64,000 nucleotides of DNA, from contig OZ024745.1 in assembly GCA_964016885.1 (NCBI GenBank), positions 63,054,001-63,118,000 on the forward strand, read 5' to 3'. Positions 62,588-64,000 of this stretch are shown piece by piece. Made by a program: the position numbers and the translations under genes. Position 1 is the first letter of the stretch. Each line of letters opens with the position of its first letter. Below the pieces are notes generated by a model. It saw only the letters and a program-made list of their open reading frames with translations. It ran no database searches and was not told the origin of the DNA. This DNA comes from Eledone cirrhosa (taxonomy: Eukaryota).

Positions 62588-64000
62588 TATTTTATTTTAC
62601 AAGTTCAATAGAAACAGAAAAGTGAATTTCTGTAATAGGATTCAAATATAATGCAAGAATTTGCTAAATATATTACTTTGTATATAAGTTGTCGAAAGAA
62701 AATACCTAGGTGAGTTATGTGAACAATCGTATATATTTCGACTTCACAAATAGCTCAGCACCGCTTAGCTTTTCATGTATTTGGATATGCTAACTTTAGT
62801 CGGAAAAAAATCACATTGTTATGGCAATAACTATACGGTTGATTCTATTCCATAGATATCAATGACTAAATGTACTTAGGCTATGTGTAGTATTAATTTC
62901 GTAACTTATCAGGTTAAGTATGCGATTTATATTATGCAATACAATTGATGTGTAATCAGAATGACATAAGCAGTTTGCTAAATCTTGCATGGATCGAAGA
63001 ACTGTAAGTATGGTAAAGTACTGAACTTACGCAGACTATGTGATTGTTTATATTATTTTGTGGTCAGAAGTTAAATCTTGCAAAATTATGCTTTAGCTGA
63101 TTCAGTCGATTATATGTACCCCCTACGAAATAGTGTCATGCTACGCTATAATATAATATAATCGTAAAATATTTCATTAACATTTATAGGAAGAAGAAGT
63201 TGTTCGACATATATAACTTTTTTGGCGCAAAAATTCTATATACATATCAACACAATGTACTGACAGAATCAAGAAGCTCATTAGATATCGTAATAGCTAA
63301 TGGAACGCCTAGATCATGATTAATTTGTTTTCTTCTAGACTGTTAGAAGCAATCAGCCAGTTGTTGAGAACTCCAAAAGTTGAAATGTTTTAGAATCTGA
63401 CACCTGTAAAAAAAGTAAATAAAAAGAATGTGAATAAATAAAGCAAACGTTTAATACTTGATTCAAATAGCTACACGTCTTCTACGTAAAATGTAAACTC
63501 GCTAAGCTCATGTAGCTGCATAAATACAGAATTTACATCCCATTAAATTACAAATTGACATTTCAAATAATTTTCTTTCGTATTTTGTTTGCCTTTTCAC
63601 AGAAACTACCAGTAGTTTCTGTTTTTCTTTATATTTACTTTTCTTTTATCGCATTCAATTTCTTTTTATTGAAGAATCTTACACTCGAGAGAAAAAATTG
63701 TTTTATGTTTACAGTTTCTGCAATTTTGAGTACTAACGCAACAAGCCAAATATTTACGTGTACATCACGGAGCTAAATGTTTTCGCGTATGACAAATGCA
63801 TTAATCCATGTAAAACAATATATGGGTAATTTAGAACCAGTTTTATCATCGGATGATTATGGTTTCTTCAAACGGCACCATATGTAAATGAATTCGAAAT
63901 TTAAGTACTCACTAATAGTCAATTATAAAGTTAACCTTTTTAAACAAAACCTTTATTAAAAATAACAGCATATAAATCACGACAGGGGTGGCAAATAGCT

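Noticed and set aside
63240-63403. Exon after a strong minus-strand acceptor (ttttttttacag|GTG)
   Set aside because: All three frames hit stops before a convincing donor

Overview
AT-rich, microsatellite-saturated animal DNA. The tRNA-derived SINEs and the (TA)n/(CA)n density suggest a cephalopod such as Octopus, but that is inference. No intact host gene is recognisable, and almost all ORF-track entries are translated microsatellites or repeat units. Recognisable relics are RTE LINE fragments, a decayed Helitron (RepHel), an internally deleted mariner, SINEs, and several Penelope-like element (PLE) pieces: a Neptune-like RT with its pseudo-LTR, a CxCx5C/GIY-YIG 3' end, and YRDD-type RT debris. 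The main signal is non-coding. I read about 37 type I hammerhead ribozyme motifs belonging to 8 sequence families. Most lie in 316-482 bp tandem monomers that sit between microsatellites and are arranged as tail-out inverted arrays, with the ribozyme-sense 3' ends facing outward. The PLE endonuclease fragment has the same geometry. Two families are homologous and show compensatory changes in the ribozyme stems. One family carries a U3-A8 core variant and one has a long stem II extension. The window looks like a hotspot of non-autonomous, PLE-mobilised retrozyme-like elements, possibly copied from circular RNA.
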